A DNA stretch of 64,000 nucleotides from an uncultured Phycisphaerales bacterium (GTDB lineage Bacteria; Planctomycetota; Phycisphaerae; Tepidisphaerales; Tepidisphaeraceae), in assembly GCA_963844715.1 (NCBI GenBank), contig CAWJPJ010000008.1:512001-576000 (forward strand), written 5' to 3'. Every line of letters starts with the position of its first letter. Position 1 is the stretch's first letter. Below, in pieces: positions 1 to 9,828 of this stretch. The position numbers and the translations under genes were made by a program. Below the pieces are notes generated by a model. That model did no database searches, was not told the origin of the DNA, and saw only the letters and a program-made list of their open reading frames with translations.

Positions 1-593
1 GGAAGCTATCTGGCGGCGATCTCCGGGCCCTTGCTGATGGTCCTGCTCTTTTTACAGATCGGCGCCACGATTTTCGGAAGCGGGTACATGCTAATTTCGT
101 ATTTGCAGACTTCCTTCGTCGATCATCACCACTGGCTCACGCAACGACAGTTGGTCGACTCGATTGCGGTTGGGCAAATCACTCCAGGCCCACTTTTAAC
201 GACCGCGACGTTCGTCGGTTTTCTGCTGGGGCACAATCAATTCGGCTACGGCGTGGCTGGCTGCGTCGCCTGCGCCCTGGCGGCCACGGCGGCGATTTTG
301 CGCCGTCGTTTGTGCTGGTGGCGATACTGGGGCGGTGGGTGGAGAGGATTCGTCGCTCGGATTCCGGCCGCGAGGCTTTGGACGCGATGAGCGCGGCGGT
401 CATGGGGTTGATCGCCTACGCGGCGGTGGTGATGGCGGCGCAGGCGCTGGAGCCGCCGACCTCGTGGATTTGCGGCGGGATTCTCTTGGGGGCCCTGGGG
501 ATTTTGATCATTGTTCCCAGGATCAATTCGACGTGGATCATTTTTCTGGCCGCGGTGGCGGGGTGGCTGCTGCTTTCGCACTCACCGGTTTAG
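1..593 (+). CDS. chrA: Chromate efflux transporter, C-terminal part (5' truncated by the window edge; frameshift near 300)
   Basis: FGSGY...WLT...DSIAVGQITPGP motif of the CHR family; continues in ORF 312..593 (AMSAAVMGLI). Confidence 0.85.
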   Translation, partial: KLSGGDLRALADGPALFTDRRHDFRKRVHANFVFADFLRRSSPLAHATTVGRLDCGWANHSRPTFNDRDVRRFSAGAQSIRLRRGWLRRLRPGGHGGDFAPSFVLVAILGRWVERIRRSDSGREALDAMSAAVMGLIAYAAVVMAAQALEPPTSWICGGILLGALGILIIVPRINSTWIIFLAAVAGWLLLSHSPV

Positions 594-604
594 GTGAGTG
601 GTCT

Positions 605-991
605 TCACCGTTGCACCCATCGGGCCAGCAATTCGCCGCGGCTGCACACTCCAAAAGTCCTGTAAATCGACTTCACATAGACGTGGACGGTATGCCGGCT
701 GATGGCGAGGCGGTTGGCGATTTCCTTCTCGGCGTTGCCTGCCAGAAGCAGTTCGAGGGTTTGCCGCTGGCGGGGGGAGAGGGGTTCGGTCGAGGGGAAC
801 TTGGGCGGCTCGCCGTCGCCCTGGCGCGCCTGGTCGCCGAGCATTCTGCAAAACATGGCCACCAATCGGCGTTTTTTGGTGATGGAGTCGGAAAGATCGT
901 CGGGGTCGGCGGAAAGCGAGCTGCGCATCACGCGCATCAAAGCCCGCACGTCGCCGACGCGGCTGCTCTCTTGTCGAATCGAAAAATGCAT
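605..991 (-). CDS. LuxR-type HTH transcriptional regulator without a receiver domain
   Basis: LSPRQRQTLELLLAGNAEKEIANRLAISRHTVHVYVKSIY is a LuxR/GerE HTH. Confidence 0.85.
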   Translation of the reverse strand: MHFSIRQESSRVGDVRALMRVMRSSLSADPDDLSDSITKKRRLVAMFCRMLGDQARQGDGEPPKFPSTEPLSPRQRQTLELLLAGNAEKEIANRLAISRHTVHVYVKSIYRTFGVCSRGELLARWVQR

Positions 992-1189
992 TGCATCACC
1001 ACAATAGGCGAATTGCTGGGTCGATCGGACGGCCCTTAACTATACCCGCCATGCTGAGCGGCGGCCAAGAGAATCGCGGAAGTGTTTTGCGAACTCTTCC
1101 TCTACGCCGGGCTGGCAGCGCACTTTTGGGCTCGTCGCAATTGGCGTAACAAAGTACTTCGCCGGAATTTCTGCGGTTTGCGGGCGGGA

Positions 1190-1230
1190 CCCCCCACCCT
1201 GGCCCTCCCCCCGAGTACGGGGAGAGGGGA
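1190..1230. repeat. CCCTCACCC/GGGAGAGGG-type palindromic intergenic repeat
   Basis: cccccaccctggccctccccc-gagtac-ggggagagggg; related copies at 18594-18703 and 13319-13362. Confidence 0.7.
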
Positions 1231-1283
1231 AAAGGAGTGCGCGGCCCGGGGAATTCGGCAGAACAATATCAAAGGAGTTTGCC

Positions 1284-1568
1284 ATGTCTCCGATCTTTCG
1301 TAAGTCCGGCAGGGATTGCTGGGTGGATGTGTATGACACGAGTTACTTTGGGGGGAAGTTGCGCCGCATATTCGGGCCGGTCGATCTGCGGCGAATGAGC
1401 GGCGGGAGCGTCATTGTCGGGCCGGGGGCGAAGGTTCAGGTTCTGGGCCGGCGCGGGCAAAAGCCCGTGGTGATCAATCTGAAGCCGAATCGAGTGGTGC
1501 CCGATCTTTCGGCGTCGCTGCGTGGCTCGGCAATTCAATCGGCCCGGGTGGACCATCCGGGGGCGTAG
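1284..1568 (+). CDS. Small beta/gamma-crystallin-like protein
   Basis: CWVDVYDTSYFGG...GP...SVIVGPGAKV...LKPNRVVPDL pattern; RBS aaggag upstream. Confidence 0.55.
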   Translation: MSPIFRKSGRDCWVDVYDTSYFGGKLRRIFGPVDLRRMSGGSVIVGPGAKVQVLGRRGQKPVVINLKPNRVVPDLSASLRGSAIQSARVDHPGA

Positions 1569-1600
1569 CGCAATCCGCGGCCCCAACGCGGTTCAGCGGC

Positions 1601-2020
1601 TCAGGGGACGATCGCGTCGGCTTCGATTTCGATCTGAGCCTCGGCGTCGATAAGTTTGGCCACCTGGACGATGGCCGTGGCGGGGCGGATTGAGCCGAAC
1701 AGTTCGCCATGGACCTGGGCGACCTGCTCCCATTTTGAGACGTCGGTTACATACATTCGCGTACGGATGACGTGCTCGAGCTTTCCGCCGAGGGCTTCGA
1801 CGGCGGCTTGGATGATCGCCAGGGACCGGCGGGTTTGTTCGGCGAGGGTTTTGGGGTATTTGCCGTCCGGGCCGATTCCGACTGTGCCGGAGACGGCGAT
1901 GACGTTGCCGCTGCGCACGGCGCGGGAATATCCCATTTTGGGTTCCCATGCCGAGCCGGAACTGGCGGTTTGGCGGCCGTTTTTGGTTGTCACGGTGAGA
2001 CGAATGTCGTTTGCGGGCAT
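1601..2020 (-). CDS. RidA/YjgF family protein
   Basis: WEPKMGYSRAVR...VSGT...IRPATAIVQVAKLI...EIEADA. Confidence 0.9.
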   Translation of the reverse strand: MPANDIRLTVTTKNGRQTASSGSAWEPKMGYSRAVRSGNVIAVSGTVGIGPDGKYPKTLAEQTRRSLAIIQAAVEALGGKLEHVIRTRMYVTDVSKWEQVAQVHGELFGSIRPATAIVQVAKLIDAEAQIEIEADAIVP

Positions 2021-2064
2021 TTAGCAATCCTCCGATCGGTGGGATCATAGTAAAATCCGCGGCC

Positions 2065-2475
2065 ATGCAAACTCGCACGGTGCAAACGGATCGGCGCTGC
2101 CAGATGATCGATGTAACCCATCTGGTGGCGGCCGAGGTGAGAGAGGGGAAAATTCGGTCGGGGATGGCGATCGTTTATGTGCCGCATACGACGGCGGCGG
2201 TGACCATCAACGAAAACGCGGACCCGGATGTGCAGCACGATCTGCTGGGTAAGCTTCAGGAATTGGTCCCGAAGTCGGAAAGCTATTACGAACATGGAGA
2301 GGGGAACAGCGACAGCCATGTAAAAACGTCGCTGGTGGGGAGCAGCGTGACGGTGTTAATTGAGGGGGGAGAGCTGGTGCTGGGGCAGTGGCAGGGGATA
2401 TTCTTTTGCGAATTCGACGGGCCGCGACGGCGGAGCCTTATTGTCCGCGTGGTTGATTTTGGGAATAAAGGGTAA
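2065..2475 (+). CDS. yjbQ: YjbQ/UPF0047 family protein
   Basis: PHTTAAVTINENADPDV, HGEGNSDSHVK, LGQWQGIFFCEFDGPR. Confidence 0.92.
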   Translation: MQTRTVQTDRRCQMIDVTHLVAAEVREGKIRSGMAIVYVPHTTAAVTINENADPDVQHDLLGKLQELVPKSESYYEHGEGNSDSHVKTSLVGSSVTVLIEGGELVLGQWQGIFFCEFDGPRRRSLIVRVVDFGNKG

Positions 2476-2482
2476 GAGGAGA

Positions 2483-3231
2483 ATGATGACGAAGATTCGG
2501 CGATTGTTTTTGGCGGCGTTGATGGTTCTGCCGGTGGGGGTGGTTGGCGGGCAGACGTTGCCTTCGACGCAGCCGGCGCAGCAAATCGTGGGGGAGCAGG
2601 TTCCTTCGGACGATGCGGTTCTGAAGGATTTTCATTCGCTGGGGCTGGTTGACGGAGAGGTCGATATTTTTCGATCGGCGTGTCCGGTGCGCGATCTGGG
2701 GAAGAAGATGGCGACGACGCAGCCTACGGACGCGGAAATCGACGCGGCGGTGGCGCGGATGCGGCGGCTGCGCGATCTGGGGATTCGGACGGATATCTCA
2801 TTTCTGAATCCGGAAGCCGGCGCCGATGATGACAAAAGCATTCAGGCGACGGTGAATTTGGAGCAGGCGGCGGCGAACGAGGTGGGGCTGAATTATGTTG
2901 CCTTTCCGATCAGCAACGCGGGGGCGAATTCGTTGGAGGAGATGTCGGATCAGGATGTGAAGAACTGGCTGGACCGGGTTACCGCCGCCATTTTGAAAAC
3001 GCCAAAAGCGGCGGGGTGGTTTTCCATTGTTCGGCGGGGCATGACCGGACGGGGCTGGTGACGGCTTATATCCGCATCAAATATCAGCATTGGCCGGTCG
3101 AGCAGGCGGTCGACGAAATGCGCCGGTATGGGCATAACTGGGTGAAGTACTCCGCCGATGGGGGGATCTCTTCCTGGCACGAGGATCATCTGCGGGCGAT
3201 CGCGGAGATGCTGAAGGCCGAGTCCAACTGA
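2483..3231 (+). CDS. Exported protein tyrosine/dual-specificity phosphatase (frameshift near 3000)
   Basis: Signal-peptide-like N-terminus; HCSAGHDRTG (CX5R) in ORF 3016..3231. Confidence 0.8.
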
Positions 3232-3274
3232 CTCGGGTGCGGGTCGCGGGGTTATTCTGTAAGATTTCCGGGCG

Positions 3275-4456
3275 ATGACGCGGGTTCCGGTTCAGGAAGT
3301 GATGCAGGCTGCGCAGAATCACGCCGAGGGCGGCGAGTATGCGGAAGCGGAGCAGGTGTATCGGGCCATTGTGGCGCAGGCGCCGCAGTATGCGGAGGCC
3401 TGGTATGCGCTGGGGATGCTTAAATCGCGATTCGCGGATTATGGCGAGGCGATTGAATTGCTGGGCAAGGCGATAGCCGCGAATCCGGGGGAGGCACGAT
3501 TCCATGACAGCCTGGGGACGATTTTTAAGGGGGAGCAACGGATTCCGGAGGCGATTGCTTGTTTTGAGCGGGCGGTGCAGCTTCGCCCGGATCTGGACGA
3601 GCCGAAGTGGCGTTTGTCTAGCGCGCAGATGGAAGAGATGGAGTTGAGTGCGCCGGCGTGCCGGGTTTCGTATCTCATCGCGTCGCGAAACGATCATTTT
3701 TGCGGGAATCCGATGGATCGGCTGCGGCTGGTGCTGCGGCGGATTTTGGATGTGGGGGGAGATTTTGAAGTGATCGTGGCGGATTGGGGGAGCGATGTTC
3801 CGATTTATGAGGTGATGAAGACGCGTCTGCCGGCGACGGGGAAGATTCGGTTTTTGCATATTTCCGAGAGTGTGACGGAGGGAATGAAGACGCCGTTTTC
3901 GGAGGTGCATGCGTTGAATGCGGCGGTGCGGCGCAGCCGGGGGATATTCGCGGGGAGGCTGGATCAGGACACGCTGATCGGGGACCGGTTCGCGGGGTGG
4001 GTTGGGAATGTTCTGGAGGAGGATGATCGGCGGGCGTATTTTTCGATGAGGCGGGACCTGAAGCCGGGAGCGACGGCGATCGATCGCAAGGCGGCGATTT
4101 GGCGAGGGGTTTCGGCGGATTGGCCGCGATATTTCACCGGGGGGGTGGGGATTCTGCTGGCGCCGCGGCGGCTTTGGCACTGGACGCGCGGGTATGACGA
4201 GAGCCTGGTTTTCAGGAACCACATGGAACACGATTTGTGTCTGCGGTTCGCGAATTTGTGTGGACTGCGGAACCTGGGAGTGCTGATCGAGTGCGATTTT
4301 TATCATCTTTGGCATGAGGAGCCGACGGGAGTGGTGGTGAATAAGCCGAAGGCGCTGGAGCAAATCGTTGCCGATGCGCGGGCGAATCTGCGCGTGAATG
4401 ACGCGAGCTGGGGATTGGGGGAACGTGAGGGGGAGATCACGGAGAGGGTTCATTAG
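3275..4456 (+). CDS. TPR + GT-A (family 2-like) glycosyltransferase fusion
   Basis: N-terminal TPRs; SRNDHF, EVIVADWGS, NAAVRRSRG, LDQD, GYDES, HLWH. Confidence 0.75.
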   Translation: MTRVPVQEVMQAAQNHAEGGEYAEAEQVYRAIVAQAPQYAEAWYALGMLKSRFADYGEAIELLGKAIAANPGEARFHDSLGTIFKGEQRIPEAIACFERAVQLRPDLDEPKWRLSSAQMEEMELSAPACRVSYLIASRNDHFCGNPMDRLRLVLRRILDVGGDFEVIVADWGSDVPIYEVMKTRLPATGKIRFLHISESVTEGMKTPFSEVHALNAAVRRSRGIFAGRLDQDTLIGDRFAGWVGNVLEEDDRRAYFSMRRDLKPGATAIDRKAAIWRGVSADWPRYFTGGVGILLAPRRLWHWTRGYDESLVFRNHMEHDLCLRFANLCGLRNLGVLIECDFYHLWHEEPTGVVVNKPKALEQIVADARANLRVNDASWGLGEREGEITERVH

Positions 4457-4472
4457 CGGGAGTGGTGTTTCG

Positions 4473-5678
4473 ATGCGGTTTATTTATGCGGACCCGGGAC
4501 TGAAGGATGAGGTGGGGCATCACGCCAACGCGTGCCGGGCGATTACGGGGGAATTGCGATCGCGGGGGATCGAGCCGGAGGTTTTGGCGTTTAAGGATGC
4601 GTCGGCGCGGGTTTGCGAGGCGCTGGGGGCGCGGCCTTATTTTCGGGCCCATACCTACTGGACGACGGATGGGGATGCGGTTTGCGGGTGGCTGAGTAAT
4701 TTTCAGCGGTGTTGGGAGCTGACGGCGGAAGATCTTGCGAGGCTTGCGCCGATGGGGGCCGGGGATGCGTTGTATTTGAACTCGGGGCAGCCGAGCCAGT
4801 TCATGGGGATTGCGCAATGGCTGCGGCGATTGCCGGATGGGCAGCTTCCGCATGTGGTGATGGAATTTGGGACCGATCCGGGCGTGGAAATAAAAGAGAG
4901 CGAGCACGGGTACTCACTGGCGCTTCCCGATCCGCGGGTTGATGAGCGGCCGACGCTGCACCGGTTTGCTTCGCTGTGCGTGCAGCAGCGGACGGCTTCG
5001 CATCTGCATCTGGCGACGTTCGATCCGTTTAGCTCGGAGGTGTTCGGGATTTTGATCAATCGGCCGGTGGGGGTTTTGCCGCTGCTGCAAGGGGCGGCGG
5101 GGAAACTTCGGCTGCGGGAGGGAGGGGGAGGGATTACGGTGGCGGTGCTGGGGCATCAGCGGCCGAGCAAGGGGTATGAGCTGGTGCCGGAGGTGGCGCG
5201 GCTGCTTTTGAAGGCGGATGCGCGGGTGAGATTGCTGATTCACAATGGGGAGCCGTCGCGGTTGCCGGAGGCGCAGGGGGAGATTCGGAAACTGGCGGCG
5301 AGGGAATCGCGCGTGCGCGTGGATGAGCGGGTGGTGGGATTGGAGGAGTGGGGAGGTCTGCTCGAGGAGGCGGATGTGATTTTGTGCCCCTATTTGCCGA
5401 AGGCGTTTCGGGCTTCGTATTCGGCGCTGGCGGCGGAGGCGGTGGCGTCGGGGATTCCGCTGGTGGGGCCGGAGAAGACGACGGTGGCGAGTTTGATGGA
5501 AAGGTTTGGGGTTGGGGCGACGTTTGAGAAATTCGATCCGGCGAGCATCGCGGGGGCGGTTTTGAAAGTGGTGGGGGATTTTGAGAATCAGGCGCGGCGG
5601 TCCCTGGCGGCGGCGGAGAAATGGGGGGAGAGGTATGGGGTGAAAAAAACGGTGAATGCGATTTTGGGGGTGGGGTGA
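4473..5678 (+). CDS. GT-B (family 4-like) glycosyltransferase
   Basis: DPGL...GHH; LGHQRPSKGY; ADVILCPY...S...EAVASGIP. Confidence 0.8.
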   Translation: MRFIYADPGLKDEVGHHANACRAITGELRSRGIEPEVLAFKDASARVCEALGARPYFRAHTYWTTDGDAVCGWLSNFQRCWELTAEDLARLAPMGAGDALYLNSGQPSQFMGIAQWLRRLPDGQLPHVVMEFGTDPGVEIKESEHGYSLALPDPRVDERPTLHRFASLCVQQRTASHLHLATFDPFSSEVFGILINRPVGVLPLLQGAAGKLRLREGGGGITVAVLGHQRPSKGYELVPEVARLLLKADARVRLLIHNGEPSRLPEAQGEIRKLAARESRVRVDERVVGLEEWGGLLEEADVILCPYLPKAFRASYSALAAEAVASGIPLVGPEKTTVASLMERFGVGATFEKFDPASIAGAVLKVVGDFENQARRSLAAAEKWGERYGVKKTVNAILGVG

Positions 5679-5955
5679 GGTTTGCTGGTGGGTAGGGAGT
5701 TGAGGGGAGAAAGTAGATCGGGGTCGCGGTCGGAGAATTCGACATCTGCGAAAAAGGGTGGGGGGATTTGCTACGCGGGTTTCGCGATTCGACCTGTAAT
5801 TGGGGGAATTTCCTGGGTAAGTGTTGGATCGGGGTTTTAATGGGTTCCGGCGCGGGGGACATTCAGAGATATGGCGACGCCTTTTCTAATGGGCTTTTTG
5901 CGCCCGCTGGTAGAGGGCGTGCGCTGAATGTTTGAAGATGGATTTGCAATTCGAT

Positions 5956-6071
5956 GAAATACAAATGCAATGCAGGGGAGGAGGAAAAACCCCATAAGGC
6001 CCGTCCTGCGGAAACTGCCGGAGTCCTCGCCTGCAACCCTACCACTTTTTCCGACGTCCCCTAACCGTCCA
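5956..6071 (+). repeat. Dispersed structured element, copy 1 (candidate ncRNA or MITE)
   Basis: aaatacaaatgcaatgc...gcccgtcctgcggaaactgccggagtcctc...ccgtcca matches 33819 and 57489. Confidence 0.8.
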
Positions 6072-6297
6072 TGGGAAAGAACAGTGCGCGCTCGAAAGCA
6101 TCGCAACCCCCCGGTCAGTGAACGCATAAGGCAGCTACTTTATATTTTGTCTGCGGTTCAAGGTCACAAATTGTGACTTTAAAAATCGGGGAAGAGTTGG
6201 ACGTTTGAGGTGCCGGCTTGGAACTTCAAGTTCGCGAGGGGAGCTTGGTATCGCAATTTGCGTTACCCGTTCTCGGGGGATATTTGAAGATTAGGGA

Positions 6298-6323
6298 CGC
6301 GCCGTGCGAGCACGGCCGCTAAA
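6298..6323. repeat. REP-like CGC-hairpin-CGCTAAA element
   Basis: gccgtgc-ga-gcacggc-cgctaaa; sister copy at 8661-8687. Confidence 0.55.
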
Positions 6324-6349
6324 GGGGCGGGGTCCCAGCGTGGGAGGGG

Positions 6350-7810
6350 TTATAGGTTTGGTCGGCGGGTGTGCCAGTCTGTGGCTTTTTCGTACATGCG
6401 GGCGATTTTTAGGAGGGTTTGTTCGCCGAAGTGGGGGCCTAGGAGTTGTAGGCCGATTGGCAATGGTTTTTCTGCGGTGGTGAAACCGCAGGGGAGGCTT
6501 AGGCCTGCGATGGCGGCGATGTTGCAGGTGACGGTGAAGACGTCGCAGAGATACATTTGGAGGGGGTCGCCGGTTTTTTCGCCGGCTTTGAAGGCGGGGG
6601 TGGGGCTGGTGGGGCAGAGGATGACGTCGCATTTTTTGAAGGCTTGGTCGAAATCATTTTTGATTAGGGCTCGGATTTTTAGGGCGCGGAGATAATACGC
6701 GTCGTAATAGCCGGAGGAGAGGGCGTAGGTTCCGATCATGATTCGGCGTTGGACTTCTTCGCCGAAGGCTTCGGCTCGGGATTTGGAGAAGAGTTCGATG
6801 ATGTCCTTGACGGGATCCTTGGTGCGATGGCCGAAGTGGACGCCGTCGTAGCGGGCGAGGTTGCTGCTGGCTTCGCAGGGGGCGATGACGTAGTAGGCGG
6901 CGATGCCGTATTCGGTGTGGGGGAGCGAGACTTCGACGATCTCGGCGCCGAGTTTTTTGTAGGTTTCGATGGCGGCATCCACGGCGGATTTAACCTGGGG
7001 GTCGAGGCCGGCGGTGAGCTGGTATTCCTTGGCGATGCCGATGCGGAGGTTGGGGAAGGGCTGGTCGAGATCTTTTAGGTAATCGGGGACGGGGGTGTTT
7101 ACGCTGGTGGAATCCTTGGGGTCGTGGCCGGCGAGGACGTTCATCAGGAGAGCGGCGTCGGGGACATTGTGTGCGAAGGGGCCGATCTGGTCGAGGCTGG
7201 AGGCGAAGGCGACGAGGCCGTAGCGGGAGACTCGGCCGTAGGTGGGTTTTAGGCCGACGAGGCCGCAGAGGGCGGCGGGTTGGCGGATGGAGCCGCCGGT
7301 GTCGGAGCCGATAGATGCGCAGCACATTCCCGCGGCGAGGGCAGCGGCGGAGCCGCCGGAGGAGCCGCCGGGGACTCTAGTGGTGTCCCAGGGATTGCGG
7401 GTGGTTTTGAAGGCGCTGTTTTCGGTGCTGGAGCCCATGGCGAATTCATCTAAGTTCGTTTTTCCGACGGGGATGGCGCCGGCGGCTTCTAGTTTTTTGC
7501 AAATGGTGGCGTCGTAGGGGGCGCGGAAATTTTCCAGCATTTTGGAGCTGCAGGTGGTGGTGCCGTAGCTGGTGCAGAGGTTGTCCTTGAGAGCGATGGG
7601 GACGCCGGCGAGGGGGCCGGTGATTTTTCCTTCGTCCACTTCTTTTGCGCGCTGGAGGGCGCGGTCGGGGTAGAGGGAATTGAAGGCCTGGATTTTGGGA
7701 TCGAGTTTTGCGATCTGGTCGAGGGCCTGCTGGGTGAGCTGGACGGCGGAGATTTTTTTATCTCGGACGGCGTTTCTGGCGGCAAGGAGGGTGTCGTAGG
7801 CGAGGGGCAT
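6350..7810 (-). CDS. gatA: Asp/Glu-tRNA amidotransferase subunit A
   Basis: Amidase signature GKTNLDEFAMGSSTENS, PGGSSGGS, GSDTGGSIRQPA. Confidence 0.97.
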   Translation of the reverse strand: MPLAYDTLLAARNAVRDKKISAVQLTQQALDQIAKLDPKIQAFNSLYPDRALQRAKEVDEGKITGPLAGVPIALKDNLCTSYGTTTCSSKMLENFRAPYDATICKKLEAAGAIPVGKTNLDEFAMGSSTENSAFKTTRNPWDTTRVPGGSSGGSAAALAAGMCCASIGSDTGGSIRQPAALCGLVGLKPTYGRVSRYGLVAFASSLDQIGPFAHNVPDAALLMNVLAGHDPKDSTSVNTPVPDYLKDLDQPFPNLRIGIAKEYQLTAGLDPQVKSAVDAAIETYKKLGAEIVEVSLPHTEYGIAAYYVIAPCEASSNLARYDGVHFGHRTKDPVKDIIELFSKSRAEAFGEEVQRRIMIGTYALSSGYYDAYYLRALKIRALIKNDFDQAFKKCDVILCPTSPTPAFKAGEKTGDPLQMYLCDVFTVTCNIAAIAGLSLPCGFTTAEKPLPIGLQLLGPHFGEQTLLKIARMYEKATDWHTRRPNL

Positions 7811-7814
7811 GGGC

Positions 7815-8132
7815 TTATCCGGCGGAATCTTCGTCGCCGCCGATGACTTTGGGCACCTTGAAGAAGGGGCCGTCGGAATCGGGGGCGTTTTCGAGAACTT
7901 TTTCGAGGGGGAGACTGGGCTCGACGATGTCATCGCGGAAGACGTTGTGGATGGGCAGGGCGTGAGCCATGGGCTCGACGCCGGTGATGTCGACCTTGGA
8001 GATTTGGGCGACGTAGTCGAGGATGGATTCGAGTTGTCCGGCGAATTTTTGCAGGCGCGATTCGTCGAGGGCCAATCGCGAGAGCATGGCGACGTGGCGG
8101 ACCTGGTCGAGGGTGATTTTCTGGCCGGGCAT
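7815..8132 (-). CDS. gatC: Asp/Glu-tRNA amidotransferase subunit C
   Basis: VRHVAMLSRL...NAPDSDGPFFKVPKV; directly upstream of gatA. Confidence 0.95.
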   Translation of the reverse strand: MPGQKITLDQVRHVAMLSRLALDESRLQKFAGQLESILDYVAQISKVDITGVEPMAHALPIHNVFRDDIVEPSLPLEKVLENAPDSDGPFFKVPKVIGGDEDSAG

Positions 8133-8171
8133 GGAGACTAGGGTAACGGCGAAGAATAAAAAGACAAAATG

Positions 8172-8288
8172 AACCGCCAAGCCGCGGAGGACGCCAAGAT
8201 AAGACCGCCAATAAAAATACAGAGGGATTTAAATTTCTTCTTGCGCTCTGAGCTTGGCGTGCTTGGCGTGCTTGGCGTCTTGGCGGTT
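8172..8288. repeat. Nonamer-based palindromic element (AACCGCCAAG...CTTGGCGGTT)
   Basis: Inverted arms with tandem cttggcgtg units; same architecture as 46568-46685. Confidence 0.75.
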
Positions 8289-8293
8289 TTATA

Positions 8294-8545
8294 TCAAGCC
8301 GCTGATTTTGTGCGATGCTTGGGTTTTTGGACGAGGCCGTTGCGGATGGCTTTGGCGCTGACTTTGATTCGGACGACCTGGCCGTTGATGACGGCTCGGA
8401 CGCGTTGGATGTTGGGTTTGAATTTTCGGGAGGAGATGCCGGTGATTTTGGTTCCGACGCCGCCGAGGTATTTGGCTTTGCCGCGGTGGGTGACCTTGTG
8501 GCCGTAACTGGTTTTTTTGCCGGTGAAATGACAAGTGCGTGGCAT
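8294..8545 (-). CDS. rpmB: 50S ribosomal protein L28
   Basis: MPRTCHFTGKK...RGKAKYLGGVG...FKPNIQ. Confidence 0.93.
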   Translation of the reverse strand: MPRTCHFTGKKTSYGHKVTHRGKAKYLGGVGTKITGISSRKFKPNIQRVRAVINGQVVRIKVSAKAIRNGLVQKPKHRTKSAA

Positions 8546-8660
8546 AGGGGGCCTTGATAGAGAGTTAAAAACTGGTCGGGGGGGACACTTTAGCGAATGC
8601 GGGGGATGATGCAAGTGGGGGGATGGAATGGTGGTGGGGTGGGTTGGGGGTGGGGGGGAC

Positions 8661-8687
8661 CGCGCGGTGCTGCGCACCGCCGCTAAA
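8661..8687. repeat. REP-like CGC-hairpin-CGCTAAA element
   Basis: gcggtgc-tgc-gcaccgc-cgctaaa. Confidence 0.55.
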
Positions 8688-8737
8688 TATGGGGAGGGTG
8701 GGGCGAGATTTTGTGGCTGGCGATGAAAGGGGGATGT

Positions 8738-9756
8738 TTAGGCGGTTAGGGCGGAGAGGCGTGGGATTTGGGGTCTTGGTGATTCGCCGGCGACGTCGGG
8801 GATTTGGACGAGGCCGAGGGGCGCTGTGGTGCCGCGGTCGAGGATTTTTCCGGTGAGCCAGAGGAGGGTTGGGCGACCGGTCTGGCCGTGGCGGAGTAGA
8901 TCGGCGACGGCGTTGGCTTCATCGGCGCTGGTGACGAAGTAGCCGGTGCAGGGGGAATCGTCGGCGCAGCCGATGGCGGCAATGGAGATTCTGCCCGGGA
9001 CGTCGACCTGGGCCTGGGCGAGAAGGTTCAGGGTTTCGCGCGCGCCGGAGAGTGAATCACAGATGCAGGCGGTGGCGCCGTTTTCGACGGCGACGAGGAT
9101 GTCGCGCGGATAGCATGAATCGACGGAGACGTCGGCGCCGTAAGAGGGAGCGAGACGGCGGATGGTTTCGGTGATGAGGGTCTGGTTGCGTCCTTCGACG
9201 GCGACGAAGCGGCGGTGACCGCCGAGGAGAAGATTTCGGGCGATGTGGGAAGCGCCGAGGCGCGGTCGACGAGGACGGCGCTGGTGGAATAGGTTCGGGG
9301 CTCGCGGCCGACGGTGACGACGGGGATGTTTCTCACGAGCAGGTCGCGGACGAAGGGCTCGGGGGTGTTGCCCGCCAAGTCGACGACGGCGGCGAACTGG
9401 CTGAGGAAGCTGGGACGCAGGAGGGCGAGATCGGCGGTGACCTGAGCCTGGGGATTGAGGCTGCGCAGGTGATGGACGATGGCGGGCTCGACATCCTGAT
9501 CGGTGACGAGGAGCCAGGGTCCGTCGGCAGCGGCATCGGCGGCGCTGGAGCCGCGGACAAAGGTGCCACGTCCGATACTGCGGGCGAGCAATCCTTCGGC
9601 GGCGAGATCGGTGAGGGCTTTGCTGAGGGTTTTGGCGTTGACGTGGAAGCGTCGCGCCAGCTCGCGTTCGCCAGGAAGTTTTCCTGAGAGTTCGCCTGAC
9701 TCCACCGCCTGGCGGATTTTTTCGCGCAAGCGTTGGAACTTGTAGCTCATCCCCAT
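8738..9756 (-). CDS. GntR HTH + LacI-type periplasmic-binding-fold regulator (frameshift near 9260)
   Basis: KLPGERELARRFHVNAKTLSKALTDLAAEGLL...GRGTFV; shifted frame gives LLLGGHRR...VDVPGRISIAAIG. Confidence 0.85.
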
Positions 9757-9809
9757 GGTTCGACGTCTGGGATGAGTAGAATCTCCGGTTTCCATTTCAA
9801 ATCCTTTTG

Positions 9810-9828
9810 GATGTACGTTACGTACATC
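9810..9828. promoter_or_regulatory. Perfect palindrome, candidate operator
   Basis: gatgtacgt-t-acgtacatc upstream of the GntR gene. Confidence 0.55.
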
